The translations under genes and the position numbers were made by a program. DNA of 64,000 bases from Octopus sinensis (taxonomy: Eukaryota). The notes under the pieces were generated by a model. It searched no databases and was not told where the DNA came from. It saw only the letters and a list, made by a program, of their open reading frames with translations. The stretch spans positions 41,230,001 through 41,294,000 of the forward strand of contig NC_043000.1 in the NCBI RefSeq assembly GCF_006345805.1. The letters run 5' to 3'. Each line of letters opens with the position of its first letter. Position 1 is the stretch's first letter. This document shows, piece by piece, positions 40,698 through 53,595 of the stretch.

Positions 40698-40866
40698 ATT
40701 TGTGTTTTAAGGCTACCACTGGTTTCCTGTTAAGGAATACCTTAACATTTATAATACCTATTACATGGGACATAAGTGTTTTAATCCAAAATAGAGACGA
40801 ACATCTATGCCCCATGTGAATGGCTTGATAATTGTTGAAACTAGTGGTAGCCTTAATACACAAATA
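40698..40866. ncRNA. Inverted pair of partial hammerhead motifs (U3-A8 variant)
   Basis: Plus 40822-40852 GGC TTGATAA ttgtt GAAA CTAGTGG TA GCC; minus 40711-40747 TGTTAAGG tatt CCTTAACA g GAAA CCAGTGG TA GCC. Confidence 0.6.
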
Positions 40867-41291
40867 ATGAATTTTTATCTTTATTCAATAATACGTTTTT
40901 CAGCAGGTATTCCCATTGTCTGATATTTATGAATGTGCGCTCGCGCGTGTGTTTGAGTGTGTAAACTTGAACGGGGACTTAGTAGTTTCTGCTTTGGTGC
41001 CTAGAGGCACATTTAGCCTAAGAGGCTAACAGGGAAGGATGGACTCTTAGATTTGGCGAAACCTACTAAGCCAGGACATAAAGAACTCTAATGGAAAAGT
41101 CTGGGGTACGTTGCTCATTGAGTTTATGGCTAACTTTTGCACCAACTTTGTACTCACAGCAGTTCCAAAATATGTGGTTGGTTCTACACAAAACTTTACT
41201 CATGAAAGAAAATTATCTGTATGAGGAATCTAACAGTTATAATATTGGCTAAGTCCTCAAGTGTTAAAGCCGATTCTAAAATTCACTACAT

Positions 41292-41454
41292 AGGCGCAGG
41301 AGTGGCTGTGTGGTAAGTAGCTTGCTAACCAACCACATGGTTCCGGGTTCAGTCCCACTACGTGGCATCTTGGGCAAGTGTCTTCTGCTATAGCCCCGGG
41401 CCGACTGAAGCCTTGTGAGTGGATTTGGTAGACGGAAACTGAAAGAAACCTGTC

Positions 41455-41494
<40 letters not shown>

Positions 41495-41620
41495 GATCTA
41501 TATATAAATTAATATGTTCAAGAAGAAATAATTATTTTCGAAATTTTTTCTCTTATGAGGTTTTTACGCTATCTACCTGACAATTTCTTGTTAAGTTTTC
41601 CTTATTAAGTAGTTGTCCTT

Positions 41621-41663
<43 letters not shown>

Positions 41664-41820
41664 TATATATATAATATATATATAATTTATATATAGATCT
41701 ATATATAAATAATATGTTCAAGAAGAAATAATTATTTTCGAAATTTTTTCTCTTATGAGGTTTTTACGCTATCTACCTGACAATTTCTTGTTAAGTTTTC
41801 CTTATTAAGTAGTTGTCCTT

Positions 41821-41890
<70 letters not shown>

Positions 41891-42115
41891 GTATGTATGT
41901 TTAAGTGTTTGTGTGTCTGTGTTTGTCCCCCTAGCATTGGTTGACAACCGATGCTGGTGTGTTTACGTCCCCGTAACTTAGCGGTTCGGCAAAAGAGACC
42001 GATAGAATAAGTACTGGGCTTACAAAGAATAAGTCCCGGGGTCGATTTGCTCGACTAAAGGCGGTGCTCCAGCACGGCCGCAGTCAAATGGCTGAAACAA
42101 GTAAAAGAGTAGAGT
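41292..42115 (+). mobile_element. SINE family 2 interrupted by a duplicated insert of about 140 bp in its internal (TA)n
   Basis: Head 41292-41456, tail about 41900-42115; insert repeated at about 41492-41630 and 41694-41830. Confidence 0.85.
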
Positions 42116-42127
42116 AAGAGTATACAC

Positions 42128-42161
<34 letters not shown>

Positions 42162-42173
42162 ACATACATACAT

Positions 42174-42207
<34 letters not shown>

Positions 42208-43137
42208 TCATATATGTATATGTGTACACACACACGAACGCACATATACAGCAAGTGAGAAAAGTTTTTGTTTGTCATATTTGTTATACACTCAACGTAC
42301 AGTGAGGAATTCCTAAGGCAAATCCAGTGGCAGCCATATCGTTACTGTGGATGATATCAGGTAGCCATAGACAGGGAATGTGCTTTAATCGGGATACCTC
42401 CAGGCTTTAACTGCTATATATATATATATATATATATATGTTCTCGTCTCCCTTTTATGCCAAGCAATTTTATATTTAACTGAAAGGTTACTCAATGCAT
42501 TTTAGCAGACCGTGTTTATTCTGCAAGGAAAAGTTTGATGTGGATTTCGAATATTTGTGCAGATTTGGTTGTATAGATAAGAGGTACGCTCTACAACTAT
42601 GTGGTTCCATGTTCGATCACTTTACATGCAACACCCTTGACTAGTTTCTTTTACCATACCGATGGATTGTCCAAATCTTTGTGAGTAACAAAAGCCATGA
42701 TTGATAAATATCAACTCCGATTGCTAGGGCGGGTAAAAAAATATGTCAGGCACGACGTAACCCAGACAGTTCTTGAACACTGAATTTAACATGGTCACCG
42801 TCCAACGTGAGCGCATGCGAGAAAAACTCACAACTCCCCCAACAAGAAGATACCCTTGCTGAATATCTATCAGTTGAGTAAAAGTAGCTGAAGACAGAAA
42901 GAACTGGCGGCATGCATGCAGAGGAGTTGTTTGTTGAGGAAAACATTTGACATTAATAAGCTGTATATAAAAAGCCTCAGAAAAAAGTAAAGGGCTTGAC
43001 GACTTGTATGACAATAATAACCTCTGCAGTTTTAGTTTCATTCCTGTAGCCAATGATTCATGGTTAAATACCAGAATGTTCACGCCTGAAATGGGAACTA
43101 AACTTGAAAACAGCATTGACAACGGGAAAATACCGAT

Positions 43138-43225
<88 letters not shown>

Positions 43226-43383
43226 TTTGATTTGATTTTGATTTTTCCAGTTTCAGCTAATGAGCTGTGGCCATGCTGGGGCACCGCCATTTGGTTTGCT
43301 ACACGATTTTACCTCACGGATGCTTTTTAGCAAACGCCATCTGATGCATACTTTATTTAAAAGCAGCAGAAATATAACAAAAG

Positions 43384-43421
43384 CTGTTACTCGGAGTTTC
43401 ACGTTCCCGTTCGTCGGACAG
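43384..43421 (-). ncRNA. Type I hammerhead motif (core CCGACGA)
   Basis: Minus strand CTGT CCGACGA ACG ggaa CGT GAAA CTC c GAG TA ACAG; lies in an inverted repeat of about 43350-43500. Confidence 0.65.
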
Positions 43422-43620
43422 TTTTGTGAGCTGTCCGAACAAAACTGTCCGAAACTCTGAGTAACAGCTTTTGTTATATTTCGGCTGCTTTTAAATAAAG
43501 CATATTACTCTACCTCTGGTATTTGAGTACTCTTTTTTCCACCTTGTTTCACATTTATGTGCTTGCTCTGGTATATATATATATATATATATATATACAT
43601 ACATGCATACATGCAATCAT

Positions 43621-43668
<48 letters not shown>

Positions 43669-43676
43669 TTATAGAT

Positions 43677-43724
<48 letters not shown>

Positions 43725-44159
43725 ATAGATCAAGATGTATCTAGGTTCGATGACAACATAATACATAGTCTTTATTTTTTTTCTTGGAGCCTGCCTAGAA
43801 TTCATAAGGTTGTTTACCCGGTCGCCATGGCGTATAAATGACTAAGTTCACAACATTTCCCTGAACGGGGAGCAAGTCCGCTGCAGGGTTCAAGACTAGG
43901 AACTTTGAAGAAAGGAAACAAAAGGCAGAGTTGATTTCGGTCGAGCTTAGAACGTAAAAATGTGGACGAAATGCTACTAAGCATTTTGTTCGATGTGGTA
44001 AAGATTCTGCCAGCTCATCACCTTACCAACAAAAATATACGTTAATTGGTCCTTCATAGGCTACATATTTTCATTTCCATAGTAGAAGACTTATAAAGCT
44101 AGAGATTTCATCTGCTTATTGTCTGGATTTATATTTTGTGCATTTTCTAAGACCACTTA

Positions 44160-46902
44160 AATGTGTCAACTTGCCCCGATACCGGGGAAGTTGACACATA
44201 TAATGGGGTATGTTGACACATGAATGCATTTTCTTGGAACATACATGTTAGTGGACAGAAACACATGATATAAGCTTGTTGGTTTGATCAAGTGCCTTTA
44301 TTACGGTTTCATTACATATCATCATCAGAGCCACAATTTGGGCATGTGAATATTGTCAGACCTGTGCATGCCTCGTGAACCCAACCTTTTCAATCAGAGC
44401 ATTGAAGCCACACTTCCCTGCCTTTGCTGTTGGAAAAGGGCTCGCAACACACTAAGCAATAGCACTCTTCCTCATCAGAGGTATCACTTTCTTGAATTTG
44501 AACTTTTTTCTTAGTAGTTGGACCTTTTCCCTTCGTTGACCTGCCCCTACTGAGTCTCTTTCCTATCGTTCCTTTATCAATGTTTTGTCTTCTTTTTACT
44601 TTTACTTTTTGTCTTTTCTTCTATGATTGCTCTATTAACCGGCGAGTCACTGAGGATTTCAGAACAACGTTTCTTTCTTCCTCTGGTTGATTCTTTCCTA
44701 GGGCCTGCTTTGGGTAGTGGACGGATTTGAAATGTTGAAAGAAAAGACCTGGCGGCTATGTTGCTTGAAGGCCCAGGTGTTGCAGGTGCTGAAGGCCGCC
44801 CAAGTGCTGAAAGTGCAGGATCCGGTCAGTCAGTGACATAGCTTGGTGCAAAGTCGCTGTCTGTGAAAATTTTATGATTAAAAGGGCACATTCCTGTAGA
44901 AGTAAAGCCAGTAAGAATGTTCGTCGGAGTTGCAGTCAATGGTCATGCAGTTTTGACAATACACGGAATGTCATAAATAGTCATGGTCTCGCTGGGATGT
45001 TTGATATGCCAGTCATCAATGGCAGTGTTTGTGTACTTCTTCAGTGGTCCATAGACCGCTTTGTCCAACGGCTCTAACCTGTGTGTGCAGCGAGGTGGGA
45101 AAGAATGCATGGTGATGCCATTGTCTGATGCATAAGTCAGCCCCTCGATACTAAGGTGGGAATCGTGATTGCCCAGCAAGAGAAGGCACGGTGACTGCTT
45201 TGAACATTTCACATTCTTCACAGTGTTGAAGGAATTTCACAAACTGCTCCTCGCACATCCAACCAGATGGATTAGCACTTTCATCGCTGCTTGATGGTCC
45301 ATTGTTCAGGAAATGTGGCCTAAAGTTCTTCCGGATAAAAACAAAAAAAAACGGTGGTATGCTGTTTCCAGCGGCATTTACACAGCCTGCCAATGTGACC
45401 AGAGTTCCCCTTTCCGCACTTGTCATTTTTCCCACTTGCTTTGTTCCTTTTCTGACAACAATTCTATCGGATCGCTGCATAGTTGTTATGCCAGTTACAT
45501 CTATGTTGCAGATATTGAATGGATCAAATTTATACTGAAGCATCCCCTCAGCAAGTTGGTTCAAAAACATAGCAACATTTTCTTGTTGAAACTTGTTGCT
45601 CGTGCCAAGCTTGTTGCCTGTGGACTTCTTATGGATAAATTATTGTGTCGTTGAAGATATCCAGAGAACCAATCTTCACCTGCCATTTCTGTCTCATACC
45701 AGGTTGGAGGGATATTACATCCATGTGCCTTTGCCATTTGAAAAGCCAATTTCCGCACATCCTTTGGGGCAAGCCCATAGTAAATTTCTGCGGTAGCCAA
45801 AACATAAGCCTCTAACTGATTCTCGAACTCGTCGGTGAGAACTTGCCGTGGCTTTTTTGTATCCACTAAGACTGTGATCGTTGTTGTTTGCTTCAGCGGC
45901 CTTGGTGCAGTAGCAAGACAGAGATTTTAAAGAGATGCCAAATGTCCTCGAAGCTTTCCGCAAGATGACACGAGCTCGGACCTGTTGAATAGCCTGTTGG
46001 ATTACATCCTGTGGAAGGGTTGCCCTCTCGCTTTTGCGTTTGTAGTGTCGCACCATGACAATTGCAGATCTAGGTCAGTAAAGAGAGAAAGAGAGAGAGA
46101 GAGGGAGAAAAAAAAGCAATTTAGCTCATTGCATAATCCAACAGTGAAAGCAAAACGAAGCTCTGAGTATATACCTACATTTTAGTTTCAAGCATGCCTG
46201 GTCACGGCATAACTTCATACTTATATATCAGTGGTACATGTTACAAAGCTGAGTCAGTATACAAGCTGTTGCCTAAGTAGGTTTGCGGTATGAAGATAGA
46301 ATAGGTTGGTATAGATAAAGATAGCTGATCTAAGACTATAGCAAGCAATACATAAATTACTCAATGAATTGATCCAATGTACCAGACATAAATCAAATAG
46401 CAAACACTCTTTGTTACAATGGGATAGACACAGTCTGTGAATCAATGTAAGCAACCTACAACAACTTTATCACAGGCTGGGGCAAGTTGACACACTGTGT
46501 CAACGTGCCTCTGTTTATATGTGTCAACTTTCCCCGACCCCATTTCCCTCGTAAATGTAAACACTGAGAGAAATCCACTAGGGTTTCGCAAGAATCTATT
46601 TGTATAGGGTCGTGAGAGATATTTTACTAACTCCTTATGGTTTAATACACTTAACGCAGTCTTAAACAAAATCCAAAATAACTAATTATCAAAAATGTCG
46701 AAAATAACATACCAAGTGGAAAATTCCAGTGTTGTCCGCGTGTAGCAGACAAACTCTCACAACGGCGACGAAATCAGATGAGGGGGAAGCTTATACTAAC
46801 AGCACTACTATGATGTCTTTAAATCGTCTGAAAGTAGTTTCGCATTTTCTCTAGAGAAAATGTGTCAACTTGCCCCTGTAGTCAACTTGCCCCGGTCTCC
46901 TC
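44160..46902 (-). mobile_element. Decayed pogo/Tigger-like DNA transposon
   Basis: Terminal and subterminal repeats ggggcaagttgacac at 44160-44220, 46478-46540 and 46860-46902; TA follows the right end; encloses a transposase relic. Confidence 0.85.
44315..46056 (-). pseudogene. Frameshifted pogo-type transposase (psq HTH, CENP-B HTH, DDE_1, C-terminal PHD finger)
   Basis: MVRHYKRK..LRKASRTFGI; AGEDWFSGYLQRHNNLSIRSPQATSLARA; NIDVTG..SAERG..CVNAAGNSIPPFF..SGWM; LLLLGNHDSHLS..FPPRCTHRLEPLDKAVYGPLK; C..C..WLQC...WVHEAC..CPNC. Confidence 0.92.
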
Positions 46903-47039
46903 TACTTACATACAGGTGACCAAAAGTGTACGTACGCTGCAATATGTATATATATAAAAAAATCTAACAAGAACATTCAGACAGTTAGACAATACAAATA
47001 AGGACAGAGATAAACAAGAACAAAAAAAAAACGGAGAAC

Positions 47040-47480
47040 TGGTACACTATTATAAATACAAACAACAGGACATTAACAACAGGTGTCTTTCGACTAAGGG
47101 CGAATTAAATTAAGCTGGCCTGTGTGAAAGTGAAGCCTTACGGCAAGAACATAAGAGATGAAAGACATGGGCAGGAATATAAGAGATGCTACACGGATTG
47201 TAGTCGAACCAAGAAACAAAAGTCAGGCTTGAAGAAACACCGGTCACGTGAAAGGAGAGGAGAGAGGTAGGAGTAGAGGGATTGAAGAATTAGGGAGGGA
47301 TGAGAAAGAGAGAAAAAGAAAGGAAAGGGACAGAGTGAGGTAAAAGGAAGAAGGGAAAGTGATGAGAATGAAGAGAAGGCCAAGAAATGAGATAGCGGGC
47401 AGGAGCGAGAAAAAGAAGTGTAGGGAACGAAGAAAGTGTGAAGTGGGCTAAAGGAAAGAGTAAAAGATTAGTACAGAATT
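47040..47480. mobile_element. Unclassified repeat; reverse homologues at about 54228-54700 and 53790-53900
   Basis: acaacaggtgtctttcgactaagg..aattaaattaagctgg and a purine-rich body shared between copies; linked to family A sequence. Confidence 0.65.
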
Positions 47481-47499
47481 TATATACATACATACATAT

Positions 47500-47567
<68 letters not shown>

Positions 47568-47659
47568 TAATCCAAACAAGAAAACAAAAAGACAACAACG
47601 CAAGGATGTGGAACAAATAAAGTATTATTGGACGCTCAGGAAAGAAGGGAAGAAGGAGG

Positions 47660-47694
47660 GTTTGACGTTTCAAGCGGAGCTCTTCGTCGGAAAC
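47660..47694 (-). ncRNA. Minimal type I hammerhead motif (homologue of 3108-3142)
   Basis: Minus strand GTTT CCGACGA A GAGC tcc GCTT GAAA CG TC AAAC; GUC triplet. Confidence 0.7.
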
Positions 47695-48978
47695 ATGGGA
47701 GAAGGAAAGATCCCGAGACGGGAGGACAGAGGGAAAAAAAATCGCCGGTGGTATTCACGAGTTCACATACTAAAGAGACGGAAGTGGTAAAAATGGAGGA
47801 AAATGTTTTTAAAAACAAGAGAGCTATATCAAAGAAGGAATGGTAAAAAAGGTGTACGAGATGACAAGTGTGTGTGTGTGTGAGTGTGTGCGTGTGTGTG
47901 TGTGTATGGTGGACAATGGCTAGAAGCAGGCAATAGTAGAATTAAGGGGTGGTGTGGGGGTACCCTAGCAAGTCAGAAAGGTAGATCAGAAACAGTGAGG
48001 TATGTGTGTGTGTATATGTATCGTGTGTGTGTTTTGTTGTAGTATGTGTGTGTGTACGTGTGCGTTTTTTGCGTGTATGGCGAGTAACTGTGCTTAACTT
48101 AGTGTAGGTGTGTGTGTGTGCTTGTACGTACGTGTGTGTGTATATATACGTATGTATAATTGTGTGCGTGTATGTATGTGTGTGCATGTATGTATGGTTG
48201 TGTGCCGTATGGGATGTATGTGTGGGTTCATTCGTGTGTGTGTGTGCGTGTGTATGTATGCGCGTGTAGTTGTGTGTGCGTGTATGTGTGCGTTTGTATG
48301 TGTGTGTGTAAGCGTAAATGGATGTATATGCGTGTATCCGTGGGGTTGTGAGTTTCTTTTTGTGCGTGTGCGTGCGTATGTGTGCGCATGTTTTGGTGTG
48401 TGTATGTATGTGTGTGTCTGTGCTTATATGTGTATACTTATATGTATGTCTGCGTGCGCGTGAAGGTATATGTTGTGTGTATGTATATGTGTCGGTGTGT
48501 ATGTGAATTAGTGTGTGTTTGTATGTGTGTATGTATGCGTGCGTGTATTGTATATATATGTAAATGTGTGTGTGTACGTGCGTGGGAGTGAATGTATGTA
48601 TGTATGTGCGTCTGTGTACAAATGTAGGGGTTTATATGTGTGTTTATATGTTTATATGTGTGTATATATATGCATGCAAGGACACACTTCGCAACTGAAA
48701 GACTGATGGAAAAGACTCTTGCGGTGCGGGCGCATGCGAATCTACAGGCACACACGCACACGCTCCGACGTACGCCCGAAATAAAGCCAGACCCCACAGG
48801 CATGCGTGCATGCATGAATGTATGTGTACGTGCGCGCGCGCATGCATGTGTGCGCGTGTGCATGCGAGTGTGTATGTAGGTATGTGTGTGTGTGTATGTA
48901 TGTATGTATGTATGTATGTGTGAGTATGTATGTATATATATATATACAACATACATACATACATACATACATACATAC

Positions 48979-49056
<78 letters not shown>

Positions 49057-49139
49057 CTTACATGCAGGAGACCAAAGGTGTATGTGCACCGCAATATGTA
49101 TATAAAAAAAAACAAAAATGGAACAAGAACGTAACAGGC

Positions 49140-49234
<95 letters not shown>

Positions 49235-49715
49235 GTATGTATATACAAAGAGAAGGTGAACAGAGGAAGAGAGAGGGAGAATAGGAAATAGTAAAACATT
49301 TTCTACTTACTTAGAGTGTTACTGTCATTAAAATTTCACTAATGACGGAAACTTAACTGCAGTAATACAACACTAATAGACCAGAGATAATAAAATAGTT
49401 TTCTTGTGAAGGAAGTGGGCTTTCGAAATAAACACACTACGTTATAAACGACATCGCACGAATACTAATAAAAGGAGTATGTCTTACCACCTGGTTTAAT
49501 CCTCCTTTCATCTCACGTACTTCCACATCCGTCACTAATATTGTCTGAAAACCTTCTCAAACTTTTTTCCCAAAACATTAAAACTACCATATTTTAATAG
49601 AAATTCTCTACCAGTTTCTTTACAAACAAATTTCACAATCAATAAATTACATAATCTTACGAAGCAAAAGACACGCCAAATGAACACTATCACCAATGTA
49701 AAAGTAAATGCTCAT

Positions 49716-49746
<31 letters not shown>

Positions 49747-51127
49747 AACACACAGACACACAGACACACAGACACACACACACGAAAAATTATTTAACCT
49801 TGCACAACCTTTACCCAATATGAATCAAATTAAACATGATACTTCTTCTTGAGTCCAATCTCCGTAAACATGTAACTATATTCATTTGAATAATTACTTA
49901 CCCGACCGTAAATTTACTTCTAAAGGAATTATTTACTGTGCTATTGTTAAAACTATGACAGTTTCTTAATCATATACAATGGATTGCTATCAAATTCTTT
50001 CAAAAGCTGCTATTACCTTTCTTTTTTTCGTTACCAAACAAGACGTTTCGATATCCTTTTATCTAAATTTATATGGAACGTCAAATAGAATAATACGTCT
50101 ATAGACATTAAATGGAAAATAATTTGTTATGCTAACCCTTATTTTCAGTCTTACAAGCCGTGTCAATTTGCATCTCTGCAACACTAGAAATTTTACTCTA
50201 TCAATAATCTCTTCTCATCCGGAATTCAGACATAGTGTCATTTTACTTACGTTAGCAGTCTAAAATGATTACATTCGAAGTCTTTCCGTATCCCAGACGC
50301 TGACATTAGTTACTAAGAAAACTTTCCCGTCTACGACCTTTAGACATTTTCTTCCCCGTAAAGAATATTTTAACTCAATATTCACACGTTGTTATTAATA
50401 GCTTTCTCTGCTTCCATTTCCACGATTCAAGAAAAAAAAATGGAATTATTACATACAATCTACTTTTTAATTTTGGACACTAAATTCTGCTACCTTCTCA
50501 GTACACATACCGTTTTGAATCTTTTCATTCCAAAAGCATATCTATATATTTTCTTCCCGATATTTTTACCAGTCACTTCTATATTTTAAAACTCGCTCTT
50601 CACTTGCTTTTACTGCTAGTTTTTCTCCTATCCTTCTCCCTTTTTCTCGGTGTCCACTATACCCACACGACTCTCACTCCTTCTGCATTTCCTTTGCATT
50701 CAATCCCACAAAGCAATTTATATACAGGAATTTTATCAAGTTTTCTCTACATTACAATGTGATAGCTCGAAAGATGAAACATTAATTACCGTAATGATGA
50801 ATATGTAAATCTAATAAGGCCGTGTGTATGTGTGTGTATATGTGAGAATGTGTTTTGGCGTGTACGAATGCATGTATGCATATTTACAGAGGCACCAGCA
50901 TTGCCGTTGTCAAATGCCTGAAAAAAGCAAAAAGGTAAAAGATGAAAAAGCATATTTACATGTTAATATATAAAAATTGAAGAGATACGATCTCGTTTGA
51001 GTGTTAAATGTTGAAACAAACAAGATACCCCAACAGCTGTTAATAGGGAGCCATTATGACATATTATGCATGAATGAAATTGTTAACTTGATTTTGTTGT
51101 TTAAGCGTGTGTGTACCGTACATATTT

Positions 51128-51300
51128 ATAGGAGTGGCTGTGTGGTAAGTAGCTTGCTAACCAATCACATGGTTCCGGGTTCAGTCCCACTGCGTGGCAT
51201 CTTGGGCAAGTGTCTTCTGCTATAGCCCCGGGCCGACCAATGCCTTGTGAGTGGATTTGGTAGACGGAAACTGAAAGAAGCCTGTCGTATATATGTATAT

Positions 51301-51344
<44 letters not shown>

Positions 51345-51585
51345 GTATGTAGTATGTATTATGTATGTGTGTGTATGTGTTTGTGTGTCTGTGTTTGTCC
51401 CCCTAGCATTGCTTGGCAACCGATGCTGGTGTGTTTACGTCCCCGTCACTTAACGGTTCGGCAAAAGAGACCGATAGAATAAGTACTGGGCTTACAAAGA
51501 ATAAGTCCCGGGGTCGATTTGCTCGACTAAAGGTGGTGTTCCAGCATGGCTGCAGTCAAATGACTGAAACATGTAAAAGAGAAAG
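51128..51585 (+). mobile_element. SINE family 2
   Basis: Full-length copy. Confidence 0.85.
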
Positions 51586-53104
51586 AGATAGAAATACACT
51601 CGCACAAATGTAATATATACATACATGCATATATACTTACATACATAAACACATGCGTACATACTTGCATACAGACATACCTAAACACACACGCATATAT
51701 GCAAGTATATATATATATATATATATATATATAGGCATGGATGTATGATTGCTAGATTGTGGTTTCAACTCTTGCACCGGATTGTACGTTGTGTTCTTGT
51801 GCAAAACACTTCATTTCACGTTGCTCTGCGATCATTTCAACATTAGTGCACCTGTAGTGCACCACGAACCTGTTCAGGCAATGTCCATTTGTACCACAGA
51901 TGTTTGATCACTATAAATTAGTCATTTGTGCAGGTTGTTCAACAAGAAATTGCAGACCCATTTTTCTCGGATTGCGAAAGGCTACTATACACCGCACATG
52001 TGCACGCATACATATACACATACACAAACACATTTATGGGCCACCTTCAGTTTCCGCCTACCAAAAGCACTAACAAGGCTTTGCTTGTCCGGAGGCTATG
52101 GTAGAAGACACTTGCTCAAGATGTTCATACAGCCACGCTTGCGCTTATGAGTATAAGAATTTACTTTACACCAATAATAAATAATATACATATATATATA
52201 TATATATATATATCAACTGCTGGACACCTTCTTTCGCTTACCTTCTGAATGAGGTAGTGACAGGCAGTCCTATTTGTTATTGTCTTCTTATGCTGGAGAA
52301 GAAAGCTATGTGCTATGTTACTGATGAGATTTTAATGGCGCATTTCATTTAGACCAGTATGTCCATGTTACTTTCTGTAAACAATAGCTGTTCTAAGTCT
52401 ATTATTAAAGTCGTGTATATTTAAGTAAACGTTTGGTTTTAATTTTGTAAGTAATAAAGTTTCCATCGTTTCTTATTTAAGATAGTTTGCATCACCAAAC
52501 TAATCATAACAAGTACACTCAGACAGCACAAACCTCCGCCAAGGCAAAACCAACGTCCTCTCAACAATTAGCTGGAGATGATTTTTAAAATGAGAATATC
52601 TGAAATAAATTCGACTGCTCTAACAAACGAGAATATTAAAAATGAATCCGACCGCTTTCAAAAATTAAGGAAAAAAAAAATCCAGAAAAATTAAACCAGA
52701 ATCCTTATCCAGTATCGGATCGATCCCAAAATCTAATCAGTTCGTGCCACTCATGAGGCCAAACATCCCTGAAAGTTTAATCCGAATCCATTCAGTAGTT
52801 CTTGAGATATCTTTTCCACGGACAGACAAACAAAGGAACAAACGCGACTGAAACAATTTAGGAAAGAAGGAAAAACTAAAACATACGACCTAAAACTCGA
52901 TTCGTATATTCAGTATAATACACACACACACAAACATGCAAATAATACACAAGCAGACAGTCACGCGAAAGCATGCACAAAAACGCACATACATGCATAC
53001 ATATGTTGTATATCTGTAAAATATACATATATATGTGCGCGTATGTATTTGTGTGTGTGTGTGTGTGTGTGTGCGCGTGTGGGTGTGGGTGCATGTATAC
53101 TTTA

Positions 53105-53368
53105 TCATTAAAGCTGGAAAAACATCACAAAAAAATGCTACTCAGAGTTTCTCGTTCCCGTTCGTTGGACTGTTGTGATTAAGAATGTTGTTATTCAGAA
53201 TGGATTCTCAATTACAGCTGTCTGACAAACGGGAATATGAAACTACGGGAATAAGTAGCAGTTTTTTAGTAATGCTTTTGCAGCTTTAATAATAATGCAT
53301 TATTACTCTATCTCCGGTATTCGAGTACTATTTTCTCCAACCTTGTTTCACATTTCTGTGCATACTTT

Positions 53369-53372
<4 letters not shown>
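53105..53372. mobile_element. Diverged homologue of the 43350-43570 HHR repeat with two inverted decayed HHR motifs
   Basis: Minus about 53138-53172 and plus 53218-53261 (ctgt CTGACAA acgggaatat GAAA ..TA gcag); shared tail gcattattactcta..gagtact. Confidence 0.6.
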
Positions 53373-53414
<42 letters not shown>

Positions 53415-53523
53415 CATTTATATATATATAAACATTTTCACTGTTCTCGGTCTGTTAACGGCCAGGTGTTCAGACGAGTAATACTAACATTGACGTAGCG
53501 ACATTTGAAAGTTTATCTTGGTG

Positions 53524-53595
53524 AATCTAGCCGAAGAGAACAAATCAAATTTACGTTAACATAATTCGGAAAGTTCGAAACCTAGATTCTAGATT
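53524..53595 (+). ncRNA. Type I hammerhead motif with long loop II (core CCGAAGA)
   Basis: AATCTAG CCGAAGA GAAC [31 nt] GTTC GAAA CCTAGA TT CTAGATT: perfect 7-bp stem I, 4-bp stem II, near-palindromic stem III. Confidence 0.65.

Noticed and set aside
42885-42925. CTGAAGA CAG..CTG as a hammerhead
   Set aside because: No GAAA follows; better read as an AEDRKNWR LINE C-terminal remnant, too short to call
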